Shown: positions 39,167-54,725 of the stretch, one piece after another
Layout of the letters: each line of letters starts with the position of its first letter
Position numbering within the stretch: position 1 is the first letter of the stretch
Assembly (NCBI RefSeq): GCF_964355755.1
Contig: NC_092675.1
Coordinates: 19,254,912 to 19,318,911, forward strand
Length of the DNA stretch: 64,000 nucleotides
DNA from: Antedon mediterranea
Taxonomy: Eukaryota; Animalia; Echinodermata
Direction of reading: 5' to 3'
The notes under the pieces: generated by a model
Databases searched by the model: none
What the model was told of the DNA's origin: nothing
Seen by the model: only the letters and a program-made list of their open reading frames with translations
Made by a program: the position numbers and the translations under genes

Positions 39167-42100
39167 CTTTGATTTTTTTAATATTTGAAAGATACCAAAA
39201 ACAATTTATGTTGGTAATGGTAAATGATTTCAAAATCAAAGAAAATACTTAATTTAATACACTTTCTTTATAAAGGATATTGAAAAAAAACACATCAGAG
39301 TTCATCATTTTTTATTTTTCATAGAGTATTATGATTATGAATGGAGAAATTATTCAGAGAGAGAATAAAATGTTGTCTCCATATCTCATTGAGATTTTAA
39401 TAACAATAACCTTATATACAAATTGTTCTCAATAAAAAGCAAATTACTCCTTTGCTGGTACGGTAGGGATAAAAAAAAAAGCGTTTTATATGGCTTTGGC
39501 ATAATAAACTACAAATGAACATACGCTCATTAATATTTTGTCGCTAGTTTATGTAACACTGGCATTGTATCATGGTTATTGAGTTCTTCCTTAAGGAATT
39601 GGCAGAATTACCCATTCCTGTCGATTAAAATTGTGAGTCATAGAGTTCTTGAATATTCCTGCAGCTGTACTTTTATAGGGGTTGGATAGCAGTTTGCACT
39701 TTTTATTTTCAATCAAGACCAGATCAAATGGATTGGGAGAAATATCAATAATTTAGTCTTTGTCGTATATTTTAACATAATAAACATTGCTTTGTTTAGA
39801 ATAGGTTTTTTTTTATATACAAATGGATATAAAACTGTCTTTGTCTATTGTTATAATTTAACAAATATTGGTATGATTATAATACAATGAATTAATGTTT
39901 GTGAGGCACCTCTGTGCAAATAATTTTTTTTTTTAAACGATAATAATATTTTGTCAACAGTTTTTTTCAGAGGGAATGGTAAGTAGAACGGTGATGAAAC
40001 ATAAGCTAAGAATTAAAACAATATGTTTTCTACCGTAGTGTAGCACTAGTAACGAACGTAAAGTTTACTGAAGTCATTAATTGGATTTTGTAAATAGTTT
40101 TTTCATATTAAAGAATTGTACTGGTCAAGAAACAGTGTTGTGCTAATAATTCACAGTTGACCAATAATTGGCAAAACAAAATATGCTTGCATTTGTTAGC
40201 CTATTACAATATATAGTACATTCCATTATATATCTTTTACGATTAAACTTATCAACTGACTTTAGTAGTTCCATAATTTATTTTAAATATAAATTGAAAA
40301 AGATTTCAGATTTACTGACCTTTCAACATTGACTAGTTAAAATGGCCATTTTTGCTTTTATTACATCATTTTACTAGACTGTAAATTTCGGTATACATAA
40401 GTGAATTTTTTTAATGTACTATGAATCAAAGAAAGCATACTAATTATTAGTAGTTCTAAGCCATTTGAACAAGCATCCAATCACAGTCCCCAACCATCAG
40501 GATGTTTATCAATACAAACGAAATCGTATCTTTTTAAAAAGTTTATTACATCAATTTAATCGACTATAAATTTCGGCATCCCTAAGTAAAAATATTTGAA
40601 TGTAGCATAAATCAGAGATTGAATGTTAAATTTTGAGTACTAGTTTTGTATTTTTATACCCTTTTTTTTTGCCATTCAAAGAACATCTCATCATAAAATG
40701 ACTATTTACCAATAATTAAATTAATCTATACATTGTATAAGTAAAGAATAGTAGTGTACAGTGTATAGGTAAAGAATATTTCATATAATCTTCTTCAAGA
40801 TTAATCCTTCCTCTAAACATGAAATGTTGCTGCAATATGCCAATGATTACTAGTGAATACATAAATCATGTTGAAAATGAATTAAGCATTGAGGTATATA
40901 ATAATATAATAACGTCAGATTTATGACCAATCGATTTCACTGAATTACACTTTGATGATTTTCAATAGGATGCACACTTTAATGAATATTGAATATAATA
41001 ATAGGTACTAATCAGTATGTATCACTTATGATGGTACCAAAATTCAATCAGTAATCAATGGAACGATAAATTCAAATATAAATTAGAATAGTTGAAGGAA
41101 TAGTCTCTGCATATATCTCGAAAATCATATTTCATTGAGGTAATGAAATTCAGGATTTTACAGAGCAAAAAACAGGGGAAAAAATAGTATGGTGGTTTTA
41201 TGTTTTAAATAAGCATTATCCAGATTGTACAAAGAATAAGTTGACACCAAACTGGCTACATCTCAACAGAAAACAGTAGGCCATCTTGCATTGGGCATCT
41301 GCACCCAAGACAAAACCTATATTGGTAAAAACAATACTAGAATTGGAAGCATGTTAACCAATTAAGCTACTGCTGCAACACCATATACACTAAATGTATG
41401 GTAGAGGATCAATTAACCTCTAAGTTGTGCGTGATCATTGAGGGTTGATGCACTTCTACATCACGCTTCCCTTTAATACAACTCATTAACAAACATATCA
41501 ATTTCTATTCAATTCTGAAATTGTTTCCAATACATTATATCTATACGATTATTCTTTGTTTGTAATACTAAAAACATTATGTTAAAAAATAAACCAAACT
41601 GCTATTTCTAATAATATCTTAGATTTGGAACGAAATTCATTTTTTAACACACAAAAATGCGCCAAAATTCCGCCAAGAAATCGATTGAAAACTAAAACAA
41701 ACATAATGAAAATGTTCCGATAAATAATTCAAAGTCTGTATTTAACAACTTTATTGGCATTTCAGTTAGGTAAACAAGCATGATCAATAATCAAATTTCA
41801 TGTCTATACCATTGATGACAAAGTATTACTATTAGTGAAATAATGATCAGAGCTTTAGTCTGTATAATGGATATTTACTGTTCGTTAAGGTCAAATATTT
41901 ATAGTTACTCAATGATTATTATTACATGTTATTGAAATCAATTTAAGAAATAAGTATGCAAATTAAAGACGCCTTTGACCTCAGACTAGAAGACTAGACA
42001 TTCATTTACTTTGCATGTAGATGTGTTGGTTCAATTAAATTTATATTTAATTAGTAAATGTAGTTGGTAATTTGACATTTTTTTAAATTTTTGTAAGATA

Positions 42101-43601
42101 TCTGAAACATAATTGATATAGTTATCGGTTTGATAAATCATAAATATTACCAGTATCCAAACACATACTGTATGTATGTATGCATTTTTACATTAATACA
42201 TAGGTACCTAGGAATTTGGATCTTTTAATCTACATTATCACCTGGAAGATATAACCATTAACCAAAAAAATTGATCATTATACAGCTAGGAACTAAATTA
42301 GGTACATGGACAACCCTCAATCTTTCTAAATGTCTAAAGTTATAGGATTCCAAAGAAGTTAGTGATTTTTTACACTAAGATGTTAAACCCACATTAACTC
42401 ACAAATAAAGCATACAAAAGCATGGTTTATCACTTGAAATAAGCCACTTTTACCCCTACACAAAATATAGGTAAATCTTCAAAAGGACCAATCCTGCGCC
42501 TCTCTCATTTTTGTTCATAAATCTAGATAACCTGCATTAAGGAACACTAATTGCATGTAAATGCCAGTTTTATATATCATAATACCATTATTAAAAAGGT
42601 TATTTTTTTAACAGTTAGTTGCTGTTCAAACAATGTAAGCCTATACTTAAGGGAATGAAAAAGAACTGCAAATTCAATGAATACCTATTTTAACATTTAA
42701 TACTCCAGTTTTACTGATAACTCTTTTCAAACCATGGCATAAATGCTTTTTAAAAACTGAAATAGAATGCTTTAAAAGATCATCAACCTCTTGTGACATT
42801 GTAAAAAAAAAACATCAAATACATCTATTGTCATCCTTTTCCTAAATCCATTTCATATCAGTTTAATTGTTTGGTACCCAACGATTCAAATGATAATCAC
42901 TGTCTCCCGGCAATTTTCAGATAGTTTGAAAAGATACCACAACAAAAGACCGAACAATCTCAATTAGATTAAGGATTAAAAAAACCCAAAAAGGATATTA
43001 GTATCAGAGTAGATCAAATGAATCAACACTATATGAACATTGCACTAGAGATAGTCCAACAAATCAGGAATCTTTAACCTTGAGACTAAGTGTATTTAAC
43101 CTTTTCGCTGTTTTTATTTGTACATAGATCACAGTGTTTGGTGATCTATACTTCGAACAATACCGACCATCAGTGAAAATTACACATAAAAGTAATTATG
43201 GTAATACAGAGAGATAATTATTATCATTATGAGCTCATCGTATTATCATTACAGATATAAGTATTGCATTGTTATCAGAAACAAGCTGGTAAAAGACCAA
43301 AAGTCTATAGACCTAAATAATAGAAGAGAAATATAATAATGTTTAAAACCTTTTTGTTTCAATTGATATTTAAAAATACATGGAACAGTCTATCCGTTCT
43401 AATTCAGGTATGCCCTGGCTTAACCTCACTATGGCCACGCCCAGCAAGTCTGAGAACATACCATGTAATGTATATAAAAATGATGCTTGTTTGCAGAATG
43501 TAAAAGTTTTAGTGAAAAGATTTCTATTTCATTGTTATTCTTTATGTTATACAAACGATACTATAAACTACACAAACCAGAAATGGTGTTGGTAGTCTAA
43601 A

Positions 43602-43872
43602 TGCCGCTTACCTGGAGTGGAGTTGTGGCTTGGTGGTTATGATGCTTGTCTACCACTCCAAGGGTCCTCAGACAGTAGCCCTTTGCCCACGAAGTGGGGG
43701 ACAATTACAAAAAGAAGAATTTTGTAGTAGATCACCTCCTAATAAATGGTACAGTCTGCTATCTCGTGGGACCACTCCAACGTATTACCGTCAACAATTC
43801 TTTTCGTAATTGTCGCCCACTTTATGGGGAAAGGGCTACTATCGGTTTATCCAGGTAAGCAGGCACGAAATA
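43602..43872. mobile_element. MITE with ~60-bp inverted arms; left arm interrupted by a tRNA-like fragment
   Basis: Left tgccgcttacctgga[54-bp insert]gacagtagccctttgcccacgaagtgggggacaattac pairs with right gtaattgtcgcccactttatggggaaagggctactatcggtttatccaggtaagcaggca. Related termini at 20197-20237, 44939-44965 and 17581-17600. Confidence 0.75.
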
Positions 43873-43879
43873 ATTCTAA

Positions 43880-44077
43880 TGTAAGACGTTAATGCAATTT
43901 TTAATAGTTTTACATTTTTAACAGTATTTTTTACTTTTTATCTTGTATTTTTAATCTGTTTAATACTGCACGTTTTTAAATTGTTGCAATACTGTTGTTT
44001 TAATCTACCAAGCAAAGTGAATTTCCATTTTTATGGACAAATAAAATTTCTTGAATCTTTAATCTTGAATCTTGAAT
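43880..44077 (+). mobile_element. Probable LINE (L2/CR1/Rex group) 3' UTR with (TCTTGAA)n tail
   Basis: T-rich stretch ending aatttcc...ggacaaataaa followed by tcttgaa repeats. Confidence 0.45.
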
Positions 44078-47000
44078 TAACAGAAACAACTTCTGTGTTT
44101 GTATAAAATAGGTCTACTGAAAAAAAAATGGCTAAAAATAATTAGTCCTTTGAATTTGTCAATTAATATCTGAGTCAAAATGTTAAAGATGAAAAATTGA
44201 CCTCTGTGTTACAGTTTTATAAAACTTTAGCATATTTTGAGTCATCTTTATATATTTATGTTTATCCATTGTACTATTGTACTGTTTTCAAATTTGTATC
44301 CAAACATACATCTTGTACGTTTTTTTTAATGGATTTGACAACATGAACCCCAACACTGACAGACTTTGTTTGTTTACAACATTTAAAGTTGTAATCATTC
44401 AATATAAATCATTTGTAAGGGGTAGACTAAACTGTTTATAGTAACACCTGTCAAAAAAACTATAAAAAGATTAACCAACAAAATCTACATCAGAAATCTT
44501 CTGCTGTACATGCTTGAAGGGGCATAAATACTGAAGAGCAGTCAAAAGGCCAAGTACTCAGGAAGTGTAAGTATGTAAAGCTTCCATCACTAACTTTAAA
44601 CAATGAGTTGATCTTGAGTGATTTAGTTGTTGCAGAGGTAAACACTTGTAACTCATGTCTTTTTTGAGAGGTAAATAGGTTGTTAAATTAAGTTTCCAAT
44701 CAAATTGAAGGAGCTATAAACATTTCAAACAATAGAGTACATTCCAAATTGTTGTTTTGCTGAAGCTGGTTCCTATTTAAACTGTAATAAGAAAATTGAA
44801 GCTTTGCAGTCCCAAACCCATGCCAGACACACTAGTAGGTCAAATTTAAAAAGTATTAAAGCTCTTTACATACTAACTATAAATACAGAAGAAACCATTT
44901 ATGGAGAAGGGTGTTTATATTGCTCTTTGAGAAAAATAGGCTATTATCGGTTTATCCAGGTAAGCTAAAACATTAAATAGATTAAAATTCTTCTCTGAAA
45001 CCTTGCCTTTCTACAATATGCCAAGGTTCTAATACTAGAGTAGGCTCTCTACTGAACAGTAGACAGACATCCAAATGGAAATAAAACAGATCAATAAGAC
45101 CACCATAGTAGCAACACTAATTGAAATAATTAATCTCTAAATCCATGTATAATTACTGCATAATCTTAGTATTTACAAATATTATTAAAACTATCTATTA
45201 TATCTTGTATAATTACTAAATCTATGGAATTAAACTTGGGAGGTTCAAAACTGGTTTATAATTATAACATATACATAATTGCTCAATTTTCTATCAGTTC
45301 TATCATAATCTTGCACAAAACATTGTTACAAAATGACACTGGGTATATTTTGTGCAATAAAAAAATATTAATATTACTTTGAAATAATAGTTATAAAAGT
45401 TAATTTATAAATTAAAGAATTATTTCATCGGTCACTGACTCATCCCGTCAATCAAATGATCATATATTTATCATATTCACTCAGGACATGAAGCTGTAAA
45501 AAGATCAACTTGCATATCTCTGCATTAGTTGCAAATTACAAAGACAAACTGACCAATTATAATAACTCTGTTACTACACCATGATTTTCTTACCATTGAA
45601 AGTGACATGGTCATTAAATGAGTAAATATACGTTCATTTGTCTAGATATATGGTTTGTATAGATCACATAATATATAGCAATAAATTGTACTGACAGGCC
45701 AATATTAGGTAAGCCAATGCATTGTAAACTAATGCTAGGTAAACAAATCCAATATCAAAATTCAGATTAGAAAACAATAATAAGATATAATATGAATGGC
45801 AATAAAAGGTCAAGTGTGATCGGTGCACATAAACTTCTCACCCTGATGTCATAGGTTCAGTCTTCTTGAAGAAATAAACGAAGGATGTAGCCAAAGACTG
45901 GACTTTGATAGACTACTACAGTACTGTACTGTACACAGGTACTGTATTGTGCACAAGTTCACATATAGGAAATATAAAATACAAAATTGCTAAGATTTTC
46001 AAGTTACCTGCACAATATAAACAAGTTAAGTAGAGATGAACAAACATGAACATATGTTAAAACATGTCAAAACATCAATCTAGGAAATATCAAGTCTTGT
46101 TAAATTCCAGGTGTCAAGATATTGCAGGTGTCAACACAAATTAGAAGCTAGATCAGGCTGGTAACATTCACTGTACAGCTACCTTGATTTCATCAAAAGA
46201 TGTATAATTTTATCAGACTACTTCTATAAAATATTAATGGTAATGAATTAATAGTGATAGGTATTTTGGATGGCAGTTGGTATATGTTTGATAATGAAAT
46301 ACAATTTTATAAACATGTGCACACTTGGAATCCAAACAGTTGCACTTATAACCAACATATTTTGTCAAATAAATGTAATGAAATCATTTTAATTTTAAAT
46401 TTATATTTGAATATTGTGATTCATGTTTTTATTTAATTTTTAATCAATTTCCAAAGAGAAACTCTATACCAGCTGGTGATAAATAAATAATAAAATACGC
46501 CAATGAACAGTATTAAGTCACCTGAACAAAAAAATTATGCATGAGACTGATAAAACATATGGAAAAACCATATTCAAATAATATCTCATCAGGTTAAAAG
46601 GCTAGGTGATTCTAAGACAAATGACAGAATAATCCTAATGTTTACATGCCGCACTTTGCTGTCTCTTTTAACCTAAACTTAACATACCGCGAGATTTACC
46701 TACTGTCTTTCTACCCATCAGGCAAAGTTCTCTAAATCCTTCGTAATGTTTCTAGGTCATTGACGTCTGAGCGCGCTCACATCTTATGGATATCACTCGA
46801 ATTAAAAATTGCGAGTTTCTAATGGAATCCATAGTCAGTGGATTAGTGTTGAAATGTAGAAATGCTGTAAACCGTTTCAACAGTTATTCTCATTTGTCAT
46901 ATGGTAAACTAAACTGCCTTTATACGATGTCTGTGTACTTTGAAAACAAATCAGAAAGCGTCACATTATTATGATAGTTTACTGTGTATTACTTGAGTCT

Positions 47001-50000
47001 GAACTGTTTATTGAACAATGACCCATAGCATTAACAAATCTGAATCAAATAAACATCATTATTTTAAATTATGTTTATAAATTACAATTAAGTATAGTTC
47101 ACATAGTTAGAAAATGTTGTACATTATGTTTTCTAAAGAAATTTAGTTCTAATTTAGTATTGGTTAACATTCCAAATAGTTTTGAGTCAAATTAGAAATT
47201 GATCTTATTTTTACCTCTACCTATTAATAGGCAATATATAATACTCCTGTATGTTCCTATATATTTTATTGAATAAGATTTAACATATCTATATAGTGTT
47301 ATACAGAGTCACAACTTACATTGAGGACACACTCTAGTCTTATGTTTGAATGCCATTAAATCAAGAAATACAAAATTGGTTAATTCTGTAACTGATTACC
47401 CATGACATGTGAACAGGCATTTATGAACAGTGGTTGCAACAGGAGATTATATATCCAGGACAAAAAATAGTTAACTCAGTATCCCATTGATATTCTGGCT
47501 ACAAACAATCTAACCTTCATGTCAAATTTAACTTTTTCTGACAAATGGAATGTTTGTAATGACCCAGTGCTAACTCTAATGGTCCATGGGCCTGTAACTA
47601 ATAATAGAGTATATCCACACAGTAGCTGTTTGATAAACTAGTTTAATATTGTTACATATTTATACCTTCTCATGTTTAATTTATTCCCTCTACCCTTGCT
47701 AATGAAATTTATCTGAATAATATATCCCAAGTACAAATGATTAATTTTACATATTTGTTCACTATAATTTTCCCCGATTCAATTTAGAAATTGAGGAGAG
47801 ACAGAGAGACAGATGACATTTTAAACGTGTTTAACAAATTCAACGTCAACACTTACGAAAGAAATACGACGAAGGAACAAGATTACTGTTCCTTCTCTCA
47901 TTAAACAAACGAAGATAAAATGGCATATATAATATATATCTCTTTAAACCTACACCCTGTGATTTCAAACAGAGTGAGTACCATTAGAGCAAAAAGGTTT
48001 CGTAGATTTAAACCCCATTATCATCACACTCTTAAATCAATAACGAAATTAGATTCTTTAGTCTTAAATTTATTGTATTTTCTCTCATGTAATAACCACT
48101 TAGAAATGTCTAATGTAAGAATCAAATCCTTTATGTTATACCTGTTTAACCAGACTAATATAATATTATTGGTCACCATGTCGCCATTCAGATCACAGAC
48201 TAATTAATTTATTAATTTTTATTTATGAAGTTTAGCGTCTTAAGCTGTATGTATGTTCAATCAAAACATAATCGCAGGATTTCTTTCACTCATCTTGTTA
48301 TCTTGTCTCTTTTCAAGGATGGAACAAGATTAAATTTTCTCTTCATCATCTACAAATTAGCATTTATTTCATAAACTAAGAATCGGAATTAACCTTGTAA
48401 AACAACAATCTGTCTTGTTTTCATGTTTTAAATTAATTTCCATGGCTTCATATAGTCCAGATATATTGTACACCAGTTGGTACAGGAATAGAGCTAGCTT
48501 CCTATGCAAAATAGGCTTTGGGAAACTGTATTATATAAAAATGATTAGTCCTAGATTAATACTAGATAGTCTTATCCCCTCTTCTGTGAGATCATCCCAA
48601 ATCCATTTGATTAAGTTAAGCAACATTGGACTGACAGAGAATAAGGAGTACCCAAAAAAAATCCAATAATATAGTGTAGTAGTGTTTGGTGGTTTAAACA
48701 GTAATGAATGCTGGATTAAAAATATTATATTAAAACAAGCTGACCACACACACTTTGGAAAAATAAAATTTGAACTAATATTATAGAATTACTACTTTAA
48801 GTTATGCAATTAGTATAATGCTGTCACTAATGATGAGAATTATGTCTGGTGCACTAATCTGGTAGTATATGAAATATCTTCCCCAGTAAAATGAGAAAGA
48901 AAAAACAGCTGGACCAAAAGAAATGTGAATGCACTTTTGCATCTAAAGATGGTGTAACACTTTTAAGTTGCAGCAGGAAACTAAAATAGTATACTACTGT
49001 ATAATAATACCAACAATCTTAGAGAAAGTGTTTTGATGTTACTCCTTTTGTAAGAACATAAAATTAATACTGTATAATTAAGGGGCGGAATTGGCAAATA
49101 GTTAAAAAATACTTAGTCGTTTAAATCGTATTGAAGCAATGAACCATATACTATTGTTTCGTTGTTTCTGACTGATGAACCGATACAACTAATGATCCTT
49201 CTACTTGTGTAAAGACTAGAGTACAATTCAACTTTTCTACTTGCCACAGAACTCAATGAAAAAGGCTATTTGTCCAGAAAGTCTTGTTAACAGACTGCAT
49301 TTCGAGTACAAAAGAATTTGGAACCTGGTTTTAAGAGAATTACTATAGATAATTACTGTATTATTATTAAGACAAATAAAAAAATACAGTATTTACAAAC
49401 AGTTAAAATGCTATGAACATTTAAGCTTGAAAAGTATGACTGAACAGTGAGTTGAATAACCGACTTTAACTATTTTAAAATGGATAAAATAATGCAGTAC
49501 AATTAAAAATAATTTTAAAAGACATTATGACCTTACATAGTGGGTGCTGAAAGGTATTAAAGAAGAAATTCAATTTTTATTTTAATAGAGAACAATATTA
49601 TTTAAAAGATAGTGACGATAAAAAAATGTACATGCATGTTTCATAATAACATTTGTTTCTCACAAATAGTTAATCATAGACTGAGTAGTCATTACTATAT
49701 TTCTATACTACCCATCAATTTGTAATGTGCAATTTGTATGTTTTTACGCAAATAGCTAAATACCTCAGGATTTTTTTTTTTCTATAAGTGTCAACAGTTT
49801 GCCATTAAGATCAGTAATTTTTGTTTGCAGTTTGAAAATGTATCGAAGAAAGGCTGAACTGAGTAAACTTTGCTGTGTGTTTATTTCACAGATTCTTCAT
49901 CATCTCTTTACCGGGCGACAATAAGTTGTGTGCAAATAATCAGAGACAGGATATAAATCATAATGACAAATCAAACATCAAACAACAAAGCAATCTGTCA

Positions 50001-52346
50001 AATAGATTATGTAAGAATTCGGTAACAAATACCCAAAGAAATATTTTCACGTATACAGTGTTATTCATAATATCGTTTTAATGCAATAACAATAATAATT
50101 TATAGGAATTTATGTAGATATACAAATTGTTTATCATTTTTATGTTATAAAACAATAAATATAATATTCTGATGTTTATACTCGCAAACTATTTCCAATC
50201 AAAAATCTGTTTTATAGTTTATTTCATGTTCTCTTTAAAAAAAATACCATTAGTAGACTGAACACATTTAAAGAGAAGACAATTTTGTATATTTAAACCA
50301 CATATCTTCATTAGAGGATGCTGTATCTATTAGGACACAGATACAGATATTTATAGAATATTTGAATCAAAATATGTACATGACAGTTTCTTACCAGTTC
50401 TGATTTTCTTTTAAACTATTAATTTTAGATTCATTACTTATTGGAGAAATTGTTCTTAAAAGCACACGGCACTTTTGTGGATATCAGTTTTCGTGGAAGG
50501 TAAACGTGTCTAAAATGTAAACCAAATTCAGTCGCTCTTTTCTAAATTGCTCAACATATCTACATTTAAGCTTCAACTGTAGCATATATATAGTAATTGG
50601 TTTGTATGCAACGATGCATAGCTTAAATAAGTGTTATAATTGACTAAACACTTTTACGTAGCCATTATATATCTCTAAAGAGAGATGGAGGGAAATAGAG
50701 TTTGAAGAATTCTATTTAACATATGTTCACCCTACATTATCTTCAAGTCCTTTCGAAAGGAAGGTGAAAATGTGAATTGGTATATGGCACTTGCCAATAA
50801 CTAATCTATATCACAAATTTGTATATAGATTCATAAGATGTATAGTTTTTACTTTTTTTAGATGATCATATATTAATGGTTTCCGTGCCCAAGGGGGTGT
50901 GTACAACATGCTATTACACACATTTTCAGCACGCCAACATGAAGTGTGTTGTGATAACTAATGAGTTTCAGAACCAAAAGGCAACTTGGGCCATTCCTAA
51001 CAATTGTTGATTCACAGTTGTTATATTGTATTTCGTAGTTGTATAACTTTTAGGATACAAGGTAACAAGTATAACTAAACAGTTTTTGGGGATCGACCAT
51101 GACAAGCATCAACAATTATAGAAGCCCAATAGTCAAAATTGGATCTGGTAGCTACTGAGTGTACAATCTCGTACAGAGATAGCCTATTGGAGAACTTCTA
51201 CAGAGATAGCCTATTGGAACACAGTTAGCTAAACTATGTGGTTTCAAAAATAAGGTTTTTTTATTGTCATCATGTGAACATATAATCCTAATGTATGTGA
51301 AGACAGCTATACCATTTGTTACAATAGGAATCTGTTCAAAGATGTGATATTTACAGCTCTGCTGGGATACAGTCCTTGGCCAATTTATTCTATTTAAAAG
51401 GAGACAGAATATATCATTCAACACTTGTGTTCATCCACCTTCTGCCCAAGGCCTTCACTTTCATGCTTCAGCTTTCCAGCCTAGTTTGAAACAGGTTAGA
51501 AAATTGGTGGTGACAAGATCACTGAAGCAGTTTACTTAAGCACTAGGTAATGTGGAATGCTCCAATTAGGGTTATGTTTGATCTGTAGACAATGGGCCTG
51601 GGGGTTTTAAATAACTTTACTGTGGTCTGAGATGATTTACATCTTACTTTTAACATTCCTCTCTTTGCTGCATCTTTAATTAAATAAATCATTTCATAAT
51701 TCGTTAATATGGGTGCCTATTTTTGTTGATTTGGTTATATCGCATGTATACAATTCATGCTCACATTTGGCTTAATTAAAGCTCAGGTACAGGCATGAAT
51801 TTTAAATATAATATCTGGTTAATTGTACATAAATCAAATATTTGTAACAGAAATCGAGACAAAAAAACATGAATTTCCCTTAATATGGTCAAATACAAAA
51901 TTTGGCAAAATTCTTCCATAAAAAACAGAAAGACTTTTTTTCAGTAGTTAGGTAGTTAACCTAATGTAATAACATGTCTGGTGACTCCCTAGACGGTGAA
52001 AAAAGATGGTGGATATACTGTACAGTGGATAATTTTTGCTATAGCATGAAAATAAAAAGCTGAAGTTGAATAAAAATATCAGAAATGTAATATTCAAGTT
52101 ATATTACCTATATTTAGTCATCTGATTACTTACCACACCGTTTATTTTTCATAGCTTTTTAAAATGCCTCTCTATTTACAAAATTTGTGTACAAAAGAAT
52201 AGAGATTTTACTGTGTAATTTGAACTATCCCCCCACTGATAAGAAAGTGCTTATTTTCAACAAGCTCGTGTAACACAAATAAAATCCCAAAAATTATGAA
52301 ACATAGGGAAACTATAGTCTATAATAATATATATATATAATATAGT

Positions 52347-52385
52347 CAATAATTATCGATCTATAGTATAGATCGATAATTATTG
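52347..52385. repeat. Perfect palindrome, 19-bp arms with 1-nt spacer
   Basis: caataattatcgatctata-g-tatagatcgataattattg. Confidence 0.9.
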
Positions 52386-54698
52386 GAATGTATGATCAAT
52401 AGAAATTTTTTGCCCGCACCTGGCCTTTAATGTTCTTTTTATAATAGGGAAGTCTTTCAAAAATGTAATTTTATTTTCTGTTGTGTTTTAAAGTATTTTT
52501 TGTTTTGTTAACTATCACATATTAATATTTTTTATTAAATTCATTTAAGAATCATTATATTATTATTTTGAAACAATAATTCTATTGATTGATATTCTAT
52601 AATTGACATTTCTATAAGTGGTATTACAGTATTATTATCATATCTCATATCAACTATCAATCACAAGCCTTTAACATAGCTGAAATGTATATAGTTTATG
52701 GTGTTATGCACAAAACATCAATTAACCAACTAATGCATGCTCTCTCCTAATATCCCACCTAAAGTAAATGGGGTAAAAATAGCAAATTTCAATGGGGTAA
52801 TATATAGAACATGGTCTGGCTAAGCTTACTGTAGATAAGCTTCCATTGCTTACATGTGTAAAACTATGCTAAAACGGATGACTGAACACTGAGGTAAAGT
52901 AATACATTATATTAATTCAAACACACTCAAAAGTCAAATGCAACGGGTTAATTTATATAGAACATGGTCTTGTAAAGCGCCTCTGATCCGATTTTATTGC
53001 TTATGTTAAGCCTGTACAATGAATATGCTTAAAATGGATGAATGAATATAAAGGCAAAGGCCAAAGCCTGTCATATTAAAAATATATTCATTTTCAACAT
53101 CATTTGTTGTTAGTAAAAATGTTATTATGCTAGATGCAGGTACAGTAGAAAAAATATCAACCCAGTAAATATATACACCCCTGAATACTACTGTTTGTAA
53201 AATAAAACGTACATGTTTGGACTCTAAGTGTTTATATTTGGAGCATTTGTTCACCCCTTTAAACGTTTAAATATGTAGACTCGCGCTGTGCATACCAGTA
53301 TTGCATACAGTTGCAGCGATTTCAAGTATATTCAATTGCATACCGCTAGGTGTATGCCTCTCAACACTACAAACAATTCCAATGGGATTCCATGGTTAAG
53401 AAGAGCAAACAGCCCCTGGCATATCAAAGCAAAATTTACATGTAGAGTGAATAGAGAAAAAGCAACAGTAGGTGTTACATGTTGTGTGCCGCGGCTGTCC
53501 CTGCTGAGCAGGCTTCAACTCGATACAATCCAGCTTTCCGGTATCTTAATCTCATTCCGATGTGCTCGTATATTATTTCGCTGCAGGTTTATCAATTGCC
53601 TTGAATTGGTAAAACAACAAAGAGCATGTAATGGGTTTTTGTGTGTGTTTAGTATATTCTTCCTTCCATGCTGTATTCTAGGCATTGAATTCAAGCAACA
53701 ACCATAATTATAGTAAATTAATTAGCATATGAAAGATGCAGCTAAATAAATTGTCAAGGAATGAACAGTAATAATTGTATCTAAACTTAAAGGAGAATTA
53801 TACAAGACATTTTTAAAAACAAATAAAATATGTTAATCTATAATTAGAAATTTAGAGGTTAAATCTAATTCTTTTTTAACATTTTAACAAATGTAATTAT
53901 AATGATTGCAATTGTAATTTAATCTGTCCATAGTTAATTGAACTTTTAATAATCAAAATAAACTGTGGTAATGTATTAAGTGAGTATCATTATCAGGGTG
54001 AATTTCTGTTGCTTATTGATGTGTACACATACTTAGAATTTGTAAGATACATTTAACTGAAAGCCCTCAAACTTCAAGGTGAGAAATAAGTAATTTGGAG
54101 TTCAACTCCCTGGTGTAACAAAGGGCCTAAGCCTGCTATACTTATTGTATTAAGGAGCTTAATCTGTTTTAAAATTCAATAATAAACATAATTTTTCAAG
54201 TCATCAACAGATATTGTATTACTGTATATTATTGCCAACCTACTGTAACAGACACTATTGTAAATCCTATTCTTTATTTTTCTTCTCTGTATTGTAAATA
54301 ACAAAACCTTCCTTAATTCTAGTGAATACAAATAAAAGAGAGCAAGTAAAGGAATTTGGATGCAGCAAACATAAACCACATGGAATAAAACAGCTTGAAA
54401 AATCCTACTTGTAGGATTAATAAGATTATTTATCTATGTTCCCAATAATCTCAGATAAACAGAAGGATTTGGGGATTAAGAAAGAACTTCCTTACAACAT
54501 ATCATATTTTTTAAACATATATTTTTTTTTTACCGATACTTATGAAGGTTTAAATTTCCAATTCGGAAACATGAACACTAAGATCAATTTTTCTAAAAAC
54601 CAGACACCTAGGAAACTTCTTTATATCATAGGGCCAGCCTCAGATTTGGGTTTCATAAACCCTGTTCAGGCTGAGTTATTATATAAGTTGGTTCTTAT

Positions 54699-54725
54699 CA
54701 TGGACCTATAATGTATAGGTCCATG
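54699..54725. repeat. 27-bp palindrome flanked by a short direct repeat
   Basis: catggacctata-atg-tataggtccatg with flanks ttcttat / ttcttac. Confidence 0.85.

Noticed and set aside
53288-53707. 139-aa ORF
   Set aside because: Non-ATG start, no splice context and no recognisable motif; more likely a non-coding island.
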